DNA of 64,000 nucleotides from Acidobacteriota bacterium (GTDB lineage: Bacteria > Acidobacteriota > Vicinamibacteria > Vicinamibacterales > UBA2999), in the NCBI GenBank assembly GCA_963169195.1, contig CAUJDN010000123.1, positions 1,021 to 65,020 of the forward strand, in the 5' to 3' direction. The notes under the pieces were generated by a model that saw only the letters and a program-made list of their open reading frames with translations, was not told where the DNA came from and did no database searches. Shown here in pieces: positions 36,028-45,110 of this stretch. Both the position numbers and the translations under genes were made by a program. Within the stretch, counting starts at the first letter, position 1. Each line of letters starts with the position of its first letter.

Positions 36028-37821
36028 GTGCACGCCGCCGCTTCCCTCCTCATCATCCTCGTGGCCGGGCTGCTGAGCCAGTGGCTGGCCTGGTGGATCG
36101 GCCTCCCCGCCATCGTCGTGCTCATTGCCGCGGGGCTGGTGCTCGGGCCGGTCAGCGGGACGGTCGCGCCGGGAATCCCGCAGGCCGAGCTGACGGAGAT
36201 CATCGGCCTGGGCGTGGCCATCATCCTGTTCGAAGGCGGCATGGACCTCAAGCTGGCCGAGTTCAGGCGAGTGGGCAAGGGCGTCCGCCGCCTGACCGTG
36301 GCCGCACCTCCGCTGGCGTGGGTGCTCGGCACGCTGGCGGGATACTTCGTCGGCGGCATGAGCTGGCCGGTGGCGGTCGTGCTCGGGGCGATCCTCGTGG
36401 TGACCGGCCCCACCGTCATCCTGCCCCTGCTGCGTCAGGCACGGCTCAACAAGGAGTCGGCCTCCCTGCTGAAGTGGGAGGGCATCGTCAACGATCCCGT
36501 CGGCGTGCTGCTGGCCGTCCTGAGCTTCCAGTACTTCACCATCGGCGGCGGCTGGGACCGGACCGCTGCAGGCGTCGGCGCCGCCATCGGCGCGGCCGCC
36601 GTCCTCGGCGGGGCGGGCGGGTGGCTCGTCGGTTCGGTGTACCGGCGGGGCCTGGTGCCCGAGCATCTCAAGGCCCCCATCCTGATGGTGCTGGTGCTGG
36701 TGGTCTACTGGGCCAGCAACCTCGTGCAGCACGAAGCCGGCCTGCTGAGCGTGACGCTCATGGGCCTGGTCATCGGGAACATGCAGCTGGTCGAGCGGGA
36801 GGCGCTCCAGCGCTTCAAGGAGCACCTGACGGTCGTGCTGCTGTCGGTGCTGTTCGTCGTGATTCCCTCGCAGCTGCAGGCCGAGCAGCTCGCGCTGCTG
36901 GACTGGCGGACGCTGGGGTTCGTCCTGGCGGTGCTGATCGTCGTGCGGCCGCTGTCGATCCTGCTCGCGACCATCGGCGGCCCGATACGCCCGCAGGATC
37001 GCGCCCTGCTCGCGTGGATCGCGCCGCGCGGCATCGTGGCCGCGGCGACCGCCGGCATCTTCGGGCCCGAGCTCGTGACGGCGGGATACGCCGACGCGGC
37101 ACGGCTCCTGCCCGTGACCTTCGCCGTCATCATCGCGACCGTGCTCGCCCACGGCCTGACGATTGCCCCGCTCGCGCGCCGGCTCGGGCTGGCGTCCCGT
37201 AGCGCCAACGGGCTGCTGATCGTGGGCGTCACGCCGTGGTCGCGCGCGCTGGGCGCGGCCCTGAAGAAGCTCGAGATCGACGTGCTGATGGTGGATGGCG
37301 CCTATCACCGCCTGAAGGACGCCCGGATGGCGGGCCTCGACGTCTACTACGGCGAGATCCTCTCCGAGCACGCCGAGCACACGCTGGAGACCCAGCACTT
37401 GAGCCACGTGCTGTGCGCCACCGAGAACGACTTCTACAACGCGCTCGCCTGCAAGGCCCTGGGCCTGCGGTACGGCCGCCATCGCACGTTCCAGCTCGCC
37501 ACACCCCAGGCGTCGGGTGAGGAGCTGCGGCGCCTGACGCTGCAGCAGCGCGGGTACTTCGCCTTCGACCCCGGGGCCACGTTCGACCTCCTTCACGAGC
37601 GCCTCTCGGGGGGCTGGGCAGTGCAGGCGACGAAGCTCAGCCCGCAGTTCGGATGGGCCGAGCTCACCGACCGGTTGGGTACGCCGATCGAGCAGTGGAT
37701 CCTGCTCGGCGCCATCACTCCGGCGGGAGTCTTCCGGCTCTACTCGAAGGAGCAGCACTTCAAGCTGGCCACGGGCTGGACGGCGATCTACTTCGCGCCT
37801 GGACGCACGCGCGAGGGGTGA
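36028..37821 (+). CDS. cation:proton antiporter (CPA1, NhaP-type Na+/H+ exchanger) with cytoplasmic C-terminal domain
   Basis: 597 aa with about 12 TM helices (LLIILVAGLLSQWLAWWIGLPAIVVLIAAGLVLGP...) followed by a soluble TrkA-C/RCK-like tail. Confidence 0.8.
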   Translation: MHAAASLLIILVAGLLSQWLAWWIGLPAIVVLIAAGLVLGPVSGTVAPGIPQAELTEIIGLGVAIILFEGGMDLKLAEFRRVGKGVRRLTVAAPPLAWVLGTLAGYFVGGMSWPVAVVLGAILVVTGPTVILPLLRQARLNKESASLLKWEGIVNDPVGVLLAVLSFQYFTIGGGWDRTAAGVGAAIGAAAVLGGAGGWLVGSVYRRGLVPEHLKAPILMVLVLVVYWASNLVQHEAGLLSVTLMGLVIGNMQLVEREALQRFKEHLTVVLLSVLFVVIPSQLQAEQLALLDWRTLGFVLAVLIVVRPLSILLATIGGPIRPQDRALLAWIAPRGIVAAATAGIFGPELVTAGYADAARLLPVTFAVIIATVLAHGLTIAPLARRLGLASRSANGLLIVGVTPWSRALGAALKKLEIDVLMVDGAYHRLKDARMAGLDVYYGEILSEHAEHTLETQHLSHVLCATENDFYNALACKALGLRYGRHRTFQLATPQASGEELRRLTLQQRGYFAFDPGATFDLLHERLSGGWAVQATKLSPQFGWAELTDRLGTPIEQWILLGAITPAGVFRLYSKEQHFKLATGWTAIYFAPGRTREG

Positions 37822-37838
37822 GCCCGTCGGCCGGCCGG

Positions 37839-39212
37839 CTACTCCGGCAGCATCTTCCCGGGGTTCATCAGCCCGTGCGGATCCAGCGCCTGCTTGATCG
37901 CGCGCATCACGTCGAGCGCCTCGCCGTGCTCGGCCCGCAGGTACTTCATCTTGCCGAGTCCGACGCCGTGCTCGCCGGAGCAGGTGCCGCCCATGCGGAG
38001 CGCGCGCTCGACGAGGCGCTGGCTGAACGCGCTGACACGTGAGACCTCGTCCGCGTCCTCGGGATCCAGCACGAGGATCAGGTGGAAGTTGCCGTCGCCG
38101 GCGTGGCCCACCAGCGGCGCCGTGACGGTCGAGGCGCGGGCGTCGGCCTGCGTCTCCAGGATGCAGGGCGCCAGCTGCGAGATGGGGACGCAGACGTCGG
38201 TGGTCATCGCGCGCGCGCCGGGGCGCGAGGCCACCGTCGCATAGTAGGCGTCGTGGCGCGCCTGCCAGAGGCGGGCGCGATCCTCGGGTGTGCTCGCCCA
38301 CTGGAAGCCGGTCGCGTGGTGCTCGCGCACGATCGCCTGGACCGTCCTCGCCTGATCGTCGACAACGGCCTGGCTGGTGCCGTGGAACTCGAAGAACAGC
38401 GTCGGCGCCTCGGGGTAGCCGGTCTTGGAGAAGCGATTGACCAAGGCGAGCTGCGTCTCGTCGATGATCTCCATCCGGGCGACGGGGATGCCCAGCTGGA
38501 TGACCTCGATCACCGCCTGCGCGGCGTCGGCCATGGACGCGAACGGGCAGACAGCCGCGGCCACGGCTTCCGGCCGGCCGAAGAGGCGCAGCGTGACCTC
38601 GGTGATGACACCGAGCGTCCCCTCCGAGCCGACGAACACGCGGGTGAGGTCGTAGCCGGACGAGGACTTCCGCGCCCGGCTGCCCGCGCGAATCACGCGG
38701 CCGTCGGCCAGCACCACGGTCAGCCCCAGGACGTTCTCGCGCATGGTTCCGTAGCGGACGGCGGTGGTGCCCGAGGCGCGCGTGGCGGCCATGCCGCCGA
38801 TGGTGGCGTCGGCGCCGGGGTCGATGGGGAACATGAGGCCGGTGTTCTTCAGGTGCGCGTCCAGGGTCTTGCGCGTGATGCCCGCCTCGACGGTCACGTC
38901 CAGGTCGTCGGAGCTGAGGCGGAGCACCCGGGTCATGCGCGTGAGGTCGATGGACACGCCGCCGCGGACGGCGTTCACGTGGCCCTCCATCGAGCTTCCC
39001 ATGCCGAAGGGGATCATCGGCACGCGATGCTCCGCGCACGTGCGAACGATGGCGGCGACCTCGTCGGTGGAGACGGGGAAGACGACGGCGTCGGGCTTGG
39101 CCGGCGCGTGCCACGACTCGGCGTGGCTGTGGTGTTCGCGGACGACGTCACTGGTGGACACGCGGTCGCCTACCAGGGCGCGGAGGGCGTTGACGATGGT
39201 CACAGGTGTCAC
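37839..39212 (-). CDS. FAD-binding oxidoreductase (GlcD / D-lactate dehydrogenase family)
   Basis: FAD_binding_4 pattern VVFPVSTDEVAAIVRTCAEHRVPMIPFGMGSSMEG...IDPGADATIGGMAATRASG, with a C-terminal GGTCSGEHGVGLGK. The start is GTG. Confidence 0.85.
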   Translation of the reverse strand: MTPVTIVNALRALVGDRVSTSDVVREHHSHAESWHAPAKPDAVVFPVSTDEVAAIVRTCAEHRVPMIPFGMGSSMEGHVNAVRGGVSIDLTRMTRVLRLSSDDLDVTVEAGITRKTLDAHLKNTGLMFPIDPGADATIGGMAATRASGTTAVRYGTMRENVLGLTVVLADGRVIRAGSRARKSSSGYDLTRVFVGSEGTLGVITEVTLRLFGRPEAVAAAVCPFASMADAAQAVIEVIQLGIPVARMEIIDETQLALVNRFSKTGYPEAPTLFFEFHGTSQAVVDDQARTVQAIVREHHATGFQWASTPEDRARLWQARHDAYYATVASRPGARAMTTDVCVPISQLAPCILETQADARASTVTAPLVGHAGDGNFHLILVLDPEDADEVSRVSAFSQRLVERALRMGGTCSGEHGVGLGKMKYLRAEHGEALDVMRAIKQALDPHGLMNPGKMLPE

Positions 39213-39294
39213 AGGGACAGTCCCCGTAAAATCCCCGTTAAATGATTGCAGTTCTTGATGCGTGCGAAACGTGGGTTTCCGCGAGGAGCCGGCG

Positions 39295-40569
39295 CTACCG
39301 GCGTGTCGCGATCCAGAACAGCACGCCGCCGGCCACGAGCGCGGCGGCGCCGGCGGCCAGCTGCTGGCTGGTGGCGCCGAAGAGAATCCCGAACGAAATC
39401 GCCGCCGCCAGCAGCGGCACGACCGGTCCCCCGGGGATCACGAACAGCGCAGGCCCCATCTCGCCGGTTGGCTGCCGCCGCCGCAGCACCAGCGTCGCCA
39501 GGCACACGGCCAGGTACATCACGAGGCGTGCGACCGCACTCACCGCCGCCAGGAACACGAACGAACCGGTCAGTGCGAGGGCGAGCGCCACCCCCGCCGT
39601 GAACAGGATGGCGTTCGAGGGCGTCCGGTACGTGGGGTGCACGCGCGCGAACCACGGAGGCAGGTCGCCGTTCTCCGCAAGGGCGAAGATGGTCCGCGAC
39701 CCGTTCAGGATCTGCCCCATGTTGTTCCCGGCCATCGACACCGACGAGCCCGCCGAGATCATCAGCGCGCCGGCCACCCCCATGAAGATCGCCGCGCCGT
39801 CGGCCAGCGGCGTGCGGGACTCGGCAATCGCCGGCAGCACGCCCGTGGCGACGATCGAGGTGAGGGTCATGATGACGGTGACGGTGATCATCGTCATGAC
39901 GAACGCGAAGGGGACGTCGCGCTTCGGGTTGGAGGCCTCCCCCGCCAGCACGCCCGTCACCTCGTAGCCGCCGTAGGCGAAGATCAGCAGCAGCACGGCC
40001 GAGCCCACCTGGTCCGGCGTGACGGCGGGCATCGAGGCCCAGCGCGCGGGATCGACGTACCAGATGCCGACGAGGATGAACAGCGTCAGCGGCAGCAGCT
40101 TGCCGATGGTCAGCGCGTTGACCACCCAGGACGACTGCTTGACACCCACGACGCAGATCCACGTGAGCACGAGCGTCAGGATCGCCACCAGGGCGATGCG
40201 CGCCGGGCCGGCGGCCAGCACCGGCCAGTAGAATGCCAGCGCCAGCGACAGGCCGTTGGCCACGGAGGCCTGGCTGGCCACGCGCGTGAACCACATCATC
40301 CAGCCCACCTCGAAACCGACGAATCGCCCGAACGCCTCGCGCGCCGGCAGGTAGGGGCCGCCCGTCTTCTCGAAGCGGCTGCCGACCTCCGCGAAGCAGA
40401 GCGCGATGCTGAGCGAGGCGAGCCCCACCGCCGCGAACGCAGCGGGCCCCCACGCCCCCACCAGGCGAGCGACGTCGGCGGGCAGCAGGAAGATGGCGCT
40501 CCCGATGACCTGGTTGATACCGATGGCGGTGAGGTCCCACCGCCCGAGTGCGCGCCGCAGTTCAGCCAC
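39295..40569 (-). CDS. APC superfamily amino acid permease
   Basis: LGRWDLTAIGINQVIGSAIFLLPADVA...CFAEVGSRFEKTGGPYLPAREAFG. The protein is 424 aa with about 12 TM helices. Confidence 0.85.
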   Translation of the reverse strand: MAELRRALGRWDLTAIGINQVIGSAIFLLPADVARLVGAWGPAAFAAVGLASLSIALCFAEVGSRFEKTGGPYLPAREAFGRFVGFEVGWMMWFTRVASQASVANGLSLALAFYWPVLAAGPARIALVAILTLVLTWICVVGVKQSSWVVNALTIGKLLPLTLFILVGIWYVDPARWASMPAVTPDQVGSAVLLLIFAYGGYEVTGVLAGEASNPKRDVPFAFVMTMITVTVIMTLTSIVATGVLPAIAESRTPLADGAAIFMGVAGALMISAGSSVSMAGNNMGQILNGSRTIFALAENGDLPPWFARVHPTYRTPSNAILFTAGVALALALTGSFVFLAAVSAVARLVMYLAVCLATLVLRRRQPTGEMGPALFVIPGGPVVPLLAAAISFGILFGATSQQLAAGAAALVAGGVLFWIATRR

Positions 40570-40602
40570 GACGTGACCCCCTGGAGTGAGCGAAGGCGCG
40601 TC

Positions 40603-41424
40603 TCACCGGGCCATCCATCCGGCGTACAGCTCCGGCCGACGATGACGAAGGAAGAGGCGGCGGGCGTGCGAGCGCTCCGGCGCGGAGAGATCGAGCGTCG
40701 CATGGAGGACGTGATCCGCACCGGACGGCGCGCGCGCGATCACCACGCCGTCCGGATCGCACACGAACGACTCGCCGGCGAAGTCCACGCAGTCCTCTCG
40801 TCCAACCCGGTTGCAGAGCGCCACGAAGTAGCCGTTCTGGAGCGCAGCCACGCGCATCTCGCCCTCGTAGAGGCCCTCGGGCCACTCGCCGGTCGCGCCC
40901 GCCTGGGGCACGAACACGACATCGGCCCCATTCAGCGCCAGTGCGCGCATGTACTCCGGGAAGTGGCGGTCGTAGCAGATGGCCACGCCAATGCGGCCCG
41001 CCTGCGTATGGTAGACGGGCGCGCCCCTGTCGCCGGGTGCGTAGTACCCCTGCTCGTGGAAGCAGGGGTAGTCGGTGATGTGCACCATCCGCGTGACGCC
41101 GAGCACGGCACCGTCGGCGTCGATCACCGGCGAGCTGTCGAAGGTCCGATCGCCATCTCGTTCGAACAGGTTCAACACGGCAACGACGCCCAGCGCGCGC
41201 GCCTTCTGTCGAAAGGCGGTGACGATGGGCCCGTCGATCGGCTCGGCCAGGGCTGACACGTCGCCGCCCGCCGGCCGCTGCGGGTGGAACCACTCGAACG
41301 CGAGCTCGGCGAAGCCCACCACCTCGGCGCCGGCCCGCGCGGCGGATTCCAGCGCGGCCAACCCTCGCGCCACATTGCCGGCCTTGTCGCGCGTGGCGTG
41401 CTGCTGGACCAGGGCGATGCGCAT
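40603..41424 (-). CDS. carbon-nitrogen hydrolase (nitrilase superfamily) protein
   Basis: MRIALVQQHATRDKAGN..VVGFAELAF (Glu) ...RIGVAICYDRHFPE (Cys) fits the E-K-C triad context. Confidence 0.85.
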   Translation of the reverse strand: MRIALVQQHATRDKAGNVARGLAALESAARAGAEVVGFAELAFEWFHPQRPAGGDVSALAEPIDGPIVTAFRQKARALGVVAVLNLFERDGDRTFDSSPVIDADGAVLGVTRMVHITDYPCFHEQGYYAPGDRGAPVYHTQAGRIGVAICYDRHFPEYMRALALNGADVVFVPQAGATGEWPEGLYEGEMRVAALQNGYFVALCNRVGREDCVDFAGESFVCDPDGVVIARAPSGADHVLHATLDLSAPERSHARRLFLRHRRPELYAGWMAR

Positions 41425-41506
41425 GGGGGGATAGTGTATGACGGAAGGTCGGGTGCCGGGGTGCAGGGGTGCACGGGCGCCGGGGTGTCAGGTGCCGCGC
41501 GCAGGT

Positions 41507-42592
41507 ATGATGCAGGCCTGGAGGCGTGACGTGATTCGAATCCTACGAGCATCCATTGTGGCTGCGACGCTCGCGGCCGCGGGGCTGGCGACACCCGGAG
41601 CCCAGGGCGGGCCGACCCCGTACAAGCTCGGCATGTTCCGGCAGGGCGACCGCGTCTTCGTCGGGATGGTGCTGAACGACGAGATGGTCATCGACCTCGG
41701 GCGAACCATCGCCGGCACGCCACCGACGCTCAAGGGGCTCATCGCGCAGTGGAGCCCGCCCACGGCGGACCGCTTCGCGTCGGTCGCGTCGGACTCGATG
41801 GCCAACCCGCCCGCCTCGGCAATGAAGGTCTCGCAGCTGAAGGTGCTGCCCCCCATCACCGACCCGAAGGTGCTGCTCAGCACCGCCGTGAACTACCAGG
41901 AGCACGCGGTGGAGATGCGGAGCACGACGACGACCGCGGCATCGGCCCAGGCCGTGGATCCCAAGGTGGCGCAGGGCATCCCCGGCTACTGGGACCGCCG
42001 GCCCGGCGACCCGCGGCAGAACCCGTACTTCTTCGTGAAGGCCAACACCGCCATCACGGGCCACGACGACCCCATCGTCATCCCGCGCGGGCGCGACCGC
42101 ATCGACTGGGAGTGTGAGATGAACATCGTCATCGGCCGCACGGCCAGGCACGTGTCGCGCGAGCAGGCCGCCGACTATATCTTCGGCTACACGCTGATGA
42201 ACGACGTGTCGGATCGGGGCGGGCGAGCCGACGGCCGTCACGGCTCGGACTGGCAGCTCGGCAAGAGCCACGACACCTTCGCGCCGCTGGGCCCCTTCAT
42301 CGTCCCGCGGCAGTTCGTGCCGGACCCGCAGAAGCTGGCCGTCAAGTTCACGCTGAACGACACGGTGATGCAGGACTCGAACACGGACCGCATGACGCAC
42401 ACGGTGTTCGACCTGGTGGAGTACGCCTCGAACATGATGACGCTCCACCCCGGGGATCTCATCTCGACGGGCAGCCCGGCGGGCGTCGGCACGGCGCGCG
42501 CCACGCCGGTGTACTTCAAGCCCGGCGACCGTTCGACCTGCACCATCGAGTCGATCGGGACGCTCAGGAACAGGGTGGAGGCGGAGAAGTAG
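41507..42592 (+). CDS. fumarylacetoacetate hydrolase (FAH) family protein with N-terminal signal-like sequence
   Basis: The start choice is tentative (MMQAWRRDVIRILRASIVAATLAAAGLATPGAQG). The FAH core shows ..NPYFFVKANTAITGHDDPIVIPRG..IDWECEMNIVIGR...GYTLMNDVSDR...GKSHDTFAPLGPFIV. Confidence 0.75.
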   Translation: MMQAWRRDVIRILRASIVAATLAAAGLATPGAQGGPTPYKLGMFRQGDRVFVGMVLNDEMVIDLGRTIAGTPPTLKGLIAQWSPPTADRFASVASDSMANPPASAMKVSQLKVLPPITDPKVLLSTAVNYQEHAVEMRSTTTTAASAQAVDPKVAQGIPGYWDRRPGDPRQNPYFFVKANTAITGHDDPIVIPRGRDRIDWECEMNIVIGRTARHVSREQAADYIFGYTLMNDVSDRGGRADGRHGSDWQLGKSHDTFAPLGPFIVPRQFVPDPQKLAVKFTLNDTVMQDSNTDRMTHTVFDLVEYASNMMTLHPGDLISTGSPAGVGTARATPVYFKPGDRSTCTIESIGTLRNRVEAEK

Positions 42593-42600
42593 ATCGCGCC

Positions 42601-42633
42601 GGGAGCCGGGAGTCGGGAGTCCGGAGTCGGGAC
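42601..42633. repeat. heptamer tandem array GGGAGYC x4.5
   Basis: Read directly from the sequence: gggagcc gggagtc gggagtc cggagtc gggac. Confidence 0.85.
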
Positions 42634-42665
42634 AGGGGCGCGACGGGAACGGCTATGATCGGCCC

Positions 42666-43025
42666 ATGCCTGCCACGACCCGGCTCGTCGGTCTCATCCT
42701 CATGCTCCTCGGCATCGGCAGCTACCTGCTCACCGGGCGGACGAGCGTCACGGCGCTCATTCCCGCATTCTTCGGTATCGCGTTCGTCGGCCTCGCGTTC
42801 ATCGCCCGCAACGAGTCGGCGCGCAAGCACGCCATTCACGTCGCGGTGGCCGTCGGCCTGGTGGGGCTGCTTGGCGTCCTGGGCCGGGCGATCCCGGCCA
42901 TCGGCGCGGGCGAAATCATGAGGCCCGCCGTGCTGGCGCAGGTGGTCACGGCGCTGGTGCTGGCCGCCTACGTGGCCACGGGCGTGCAGTCGTTCATGGC
43001 CGCCCGCCGCGCGCGCAAGGGATAG
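42666..43025 (+). CDS. small integral membrane protein (4 predicted helices)
   Basis: 119 aa: MPATTRLVGLILMLLGIGSYLL...IPAFFGIAFVGLAFI...VAVAVGLVGLLGVL...VVTALVLAAYVATGV. Confidence 0.6.
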   Translation: MPATTRLVGLILMLLGIGSYLLTGRTSVTALIPAFFGIAFVGLAFIARNESARKHAIHVAVAVGLVGLLGVLGRAIPAIGAGEIMRPAVLAQVVTALVLAAYVATGVQSFMAARRARKG

Positions 43026-43174
43026 CGCCGGACAACGGTCGTGCGGCTCGCCGGACCTTCCTCGGCCGCGGGAGGGCGGTCCCTGACGCCCGTACCTGCC
43101 TGGACACCGCCGCGCGCCTCATCGCTCGAGCCCCCCATCACCAGGGCCCTTGCGCGAGCAGGCGCGGCTTCCAG

Positions 43175-43209
43175 CTTCGGACTTCCGGTTCCCGGTTCCC
43201 GGTTCCCGA
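43175..43209. repeat. heptamer tandem array GGTTCCC (reverse complement GGGAACC) x3-4
   Basis: Read directly from the sequence: cttcggacttccgg ttcccgg ttcccgg ttcccga. It lies in a convergent spacer abutting the GcvT-like stop. Confidence 0.8.
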
Positions 43210-43217
43210 CACCATCT

Positions 43218-44405
43218 TCACGCCGTTTTCCTCGGCGGGTTGAAGAACGGCGTCGGCACCACCGTCGCTGGTGCGCGGTGGCGCGTGGCTTCGACCGTCA
43301 CCTCCATCTCCACACGCGATCCGATGGCGAAGTGCGGCCGGTCGATGGTGGCGAGCGCGATCATCTTCTTGAGCGTCGTGGACCACGTGGTGGACGTCGC
43401 GCGGCCGACCTGGCCGCTCCCCTTGTAGACCGGCACGGCCACGCGCGAGGTCTGCGAGGCCACGGCCGGGGGCAGGCCGACCGCCTCGTAGAGCGCTTCG
43501 ACCGCGGTCCACTCGAGCTCGAGCCCCACGATCTGCCGCACGTGCCCGCGGCGGTGCTCCTCCACGAGCGCAGGGCGCCCGACGAAGGCGGGCTTGGCCA
43601 GGTCCACGAGCCGCCCAAGGCCCAGCTCGAAGGGCGAGTACTTCTGCGACTCGATGAGCGCCTTGCGGCTGCTCTGGAAATCCACGTCGATGAGCAGCAG
43701 ACCGGCCTCGACGCGCGCGACGTCCAGGGCCAGCATGCCCGCGGCGTGCAGGTCGAACGCCGGTCCCGCCTCGGCCAGGGCGTCCCACACCGTCACCGCC
43801 CGGTCCCACGGCATCCAGATCTCGTAGCCCAGATCGCCCGTGTAGCCCGTGCGCGACACGTCCACGGGCACGCCCGCGATCTCGCCGCCCGCCACGCGGA
43901 AGTACTTCAAGGCGTCCACGGGCGCGGTGCACACCGCTTGCAGGAGCGCCCGCGAGGTGGGCCCCTGCAGCGCCAGTGCCGCCACCTGCTCGCTGATCTC
44001 CTCGATCTGTACGTCGAAGCCGGCCGCGTTCTCCACGAGCCAGCGCAGGTTGGGGTGGGCCGCCGTCCAGCGGTAGGTGTCCGCGCCCAGGCGCGAGACC
44101 GTCCCATCGTCGATGACCTTGCCCTCGTCATCGCACCAGGGTGTGTACCAGACCTGCCCCACCGCCATGCGCGAAGCGTCGCGTGTGATGATCCGGTTCA
44201 CGAGGCGCGTGGCATCGGGCCCCCGCAGGCGGTACTTGAACAGCGGGGAGATGTCGATGAGCGCGCAGGCGTTGCGGATGGCGTTGTACTCGTGGTCGTG
44301 GTGCGTCTCGAACGAGCTGACCGCGTAGTAGCCCGCCCAGTCGCGGAAGCTGAGGCTCCCGGCGAGCGGCGCGGTGCGCGCGTGAAAGGCGGAACCGATG
44401 GGCAC
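43218..44405 (-). CDS. aminomethyltransferase (GcvT) family protein
   Basis: 395 aa with a GTG start. ..EYNAIRNACALIDISPLFKYRLRGPDATRLVNRIITRD...ALQGPTSRALLQ.. is the GCV_T fold pattern. Confidence 0.8.
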   Translation of the reverse strand: MPIGSAFHARTAPLAGSLSFRDWAGYYAVSSFETHHDHEYNAIRNACALIDISPLFKYRLRGPDATRLVNRIITRDASRMAVGQVWYTPWCDDEGKVIDDGTVSRLGADTYRWTAAHPNLRWLVENAAGFDVQIEEISEQVAALALQGPTSRALLQAVCTAPVDALKYFRVAGGEIAGVPVDVSRTGYTGDLGYEIWMPWDRAVTVWDALAEAGPAFDLHAAGMLALDVARVEAGLLLIDVDFQSSRKALIESQKYSPFELGLGRLVDLAKPAFVGRPALVEEHRRGHVRQIVGLELEWTAVEALYEAVGLPPAVASQTSRVAVPVYKGSGQVGRATSTTWSTTLKKMIALATIDRPHFAIGSRVEMEVTVEATRHRAPATVVPTPFFNPPRKTA

Positions 44406-44411
44406 GGGAGG

Positions 44412-44417
44412 ATTATA
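44412..44417 (-). promoter_or_regulatory. TATAAT -10 box 6 nt upstream of the GcvT-like GTG (leaderless arrangement)
   Basis: The minus strand reads CGCACCCG-TATAAT-CCTCCC-GTG CCC ATC. Confidence 0.5.
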
Positions 44418-44462
44418 CGGGTGCGAACCGGTGCGGGCGGGTGCGGACGGGTGCGGGGGGGG
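44418..44462. repeat. 10-nt tandem repeat CGGGTGCGRR x4 plus G-run
   Basis: acgggtgcga accggtgcgg gcgggtgcgg acgggtgcgg gggggg. It lies immediately upstream of the TATAAT box on the minus strand. Confidence 0.8.
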
Positions 44463-44469
44463 TAGGGCC

Positions 44470-45051
44470 TCACTCGCTCCCGAACCACCCCGCGTGCCTG
44501 GCCTCGTCCAACCTCGCCTCCATGTAGTCCCAGAGCGCGGGGCAGCCGGCGCGGATCGGGCCTGCCAGCCGGGCCACGACCCGCGCGTGGGTGATGCCGT
44601 TCTCCCGCCAGCTCTGCCCGTTGTTCGCCAGGTTCAGCAGCGCCGGCATGGCGCGGTCCACGGCGTGCGCAAAGCGCGCCTCGGGCGTGGCGGCCTCCTC
44701 GAACTCCTGCCAGATCGCCAGGAGCGCGGTCGCCTGTGCCTCGGGCAGTATCGCAAAGATGCGCGCCACCGCGGCGCGCTCCGCGGCCTTGCGGGCTTCC
44801 CATCCGTCCTCGGCGTACACGATGGTGTCGCCGGTGTCGATCTCGCCAATGTCGTGCACGAGGAGCATGCGGACGACGCGGTCGATGTCGACGGGGGTCC
44901 CGGCATGGTGCGCGAGCGACACGGCAAGCATCGCAATCTGCCAGCTGTGCTCCGCGGAGTTCTCGTACCGGTCCAGCCCCAGCGGCCGCGTCCTGCGCGT
45001 GACGGCCTTCAGCTTGTCGAGTTCGAGGATGAAGTCGATGATGGCCTGCAT
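44470..45051 (-). CDS. HD-domain phosphohydrolase (YfbR-like 5'-nucleotidase family)
   Basis: ENSAEHSWQIAMLAVSLAHH...RMLLVHDIGEIDTGD is the H..HD..D metal motif. I chose ATG 45051 (MQAIIDF) because a GGAG lies 9 nt upstream; ATG 45066 is an alternative. Confidence 0.75.
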   Translation of the reverse strand: MQAIIDFILELDKLKAVTRRTRPLGLDRYENSAEHSWQIAMLAVSLAHHAGTPVDIDRVVRMLLVHDIGEIDTGDTIVYAEDGWEARKAAERAAVARIFAILPEAQATALLAIWQEFEEAATPEARFAHAVDRAMPALLNLANNGQSWRENGITHARVVARLAGPIRAGCPALWDYMEARLDEARHAGWFGSE

Positions 45052-45092
45052 GCCCGCTCCGGGCATTGTACGCGCCGCGTGCGTGCCGCACG

Positions 45093-45098
45093 TATAAT
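45093..45098 (+). promoter_or_regulatory. TATAAT -10 box 12 nt upstream of GTG 45111
   Basis: The context is ccgcacg-TATAAT-ctcggcaccacc-GTG. It shares the context CGGCAC..TATAAT..CGGCACCAC with 49977-49999. Confidence 0.5.
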
Positions 45099-45110
45099 CT
45101 CGGCACCACC

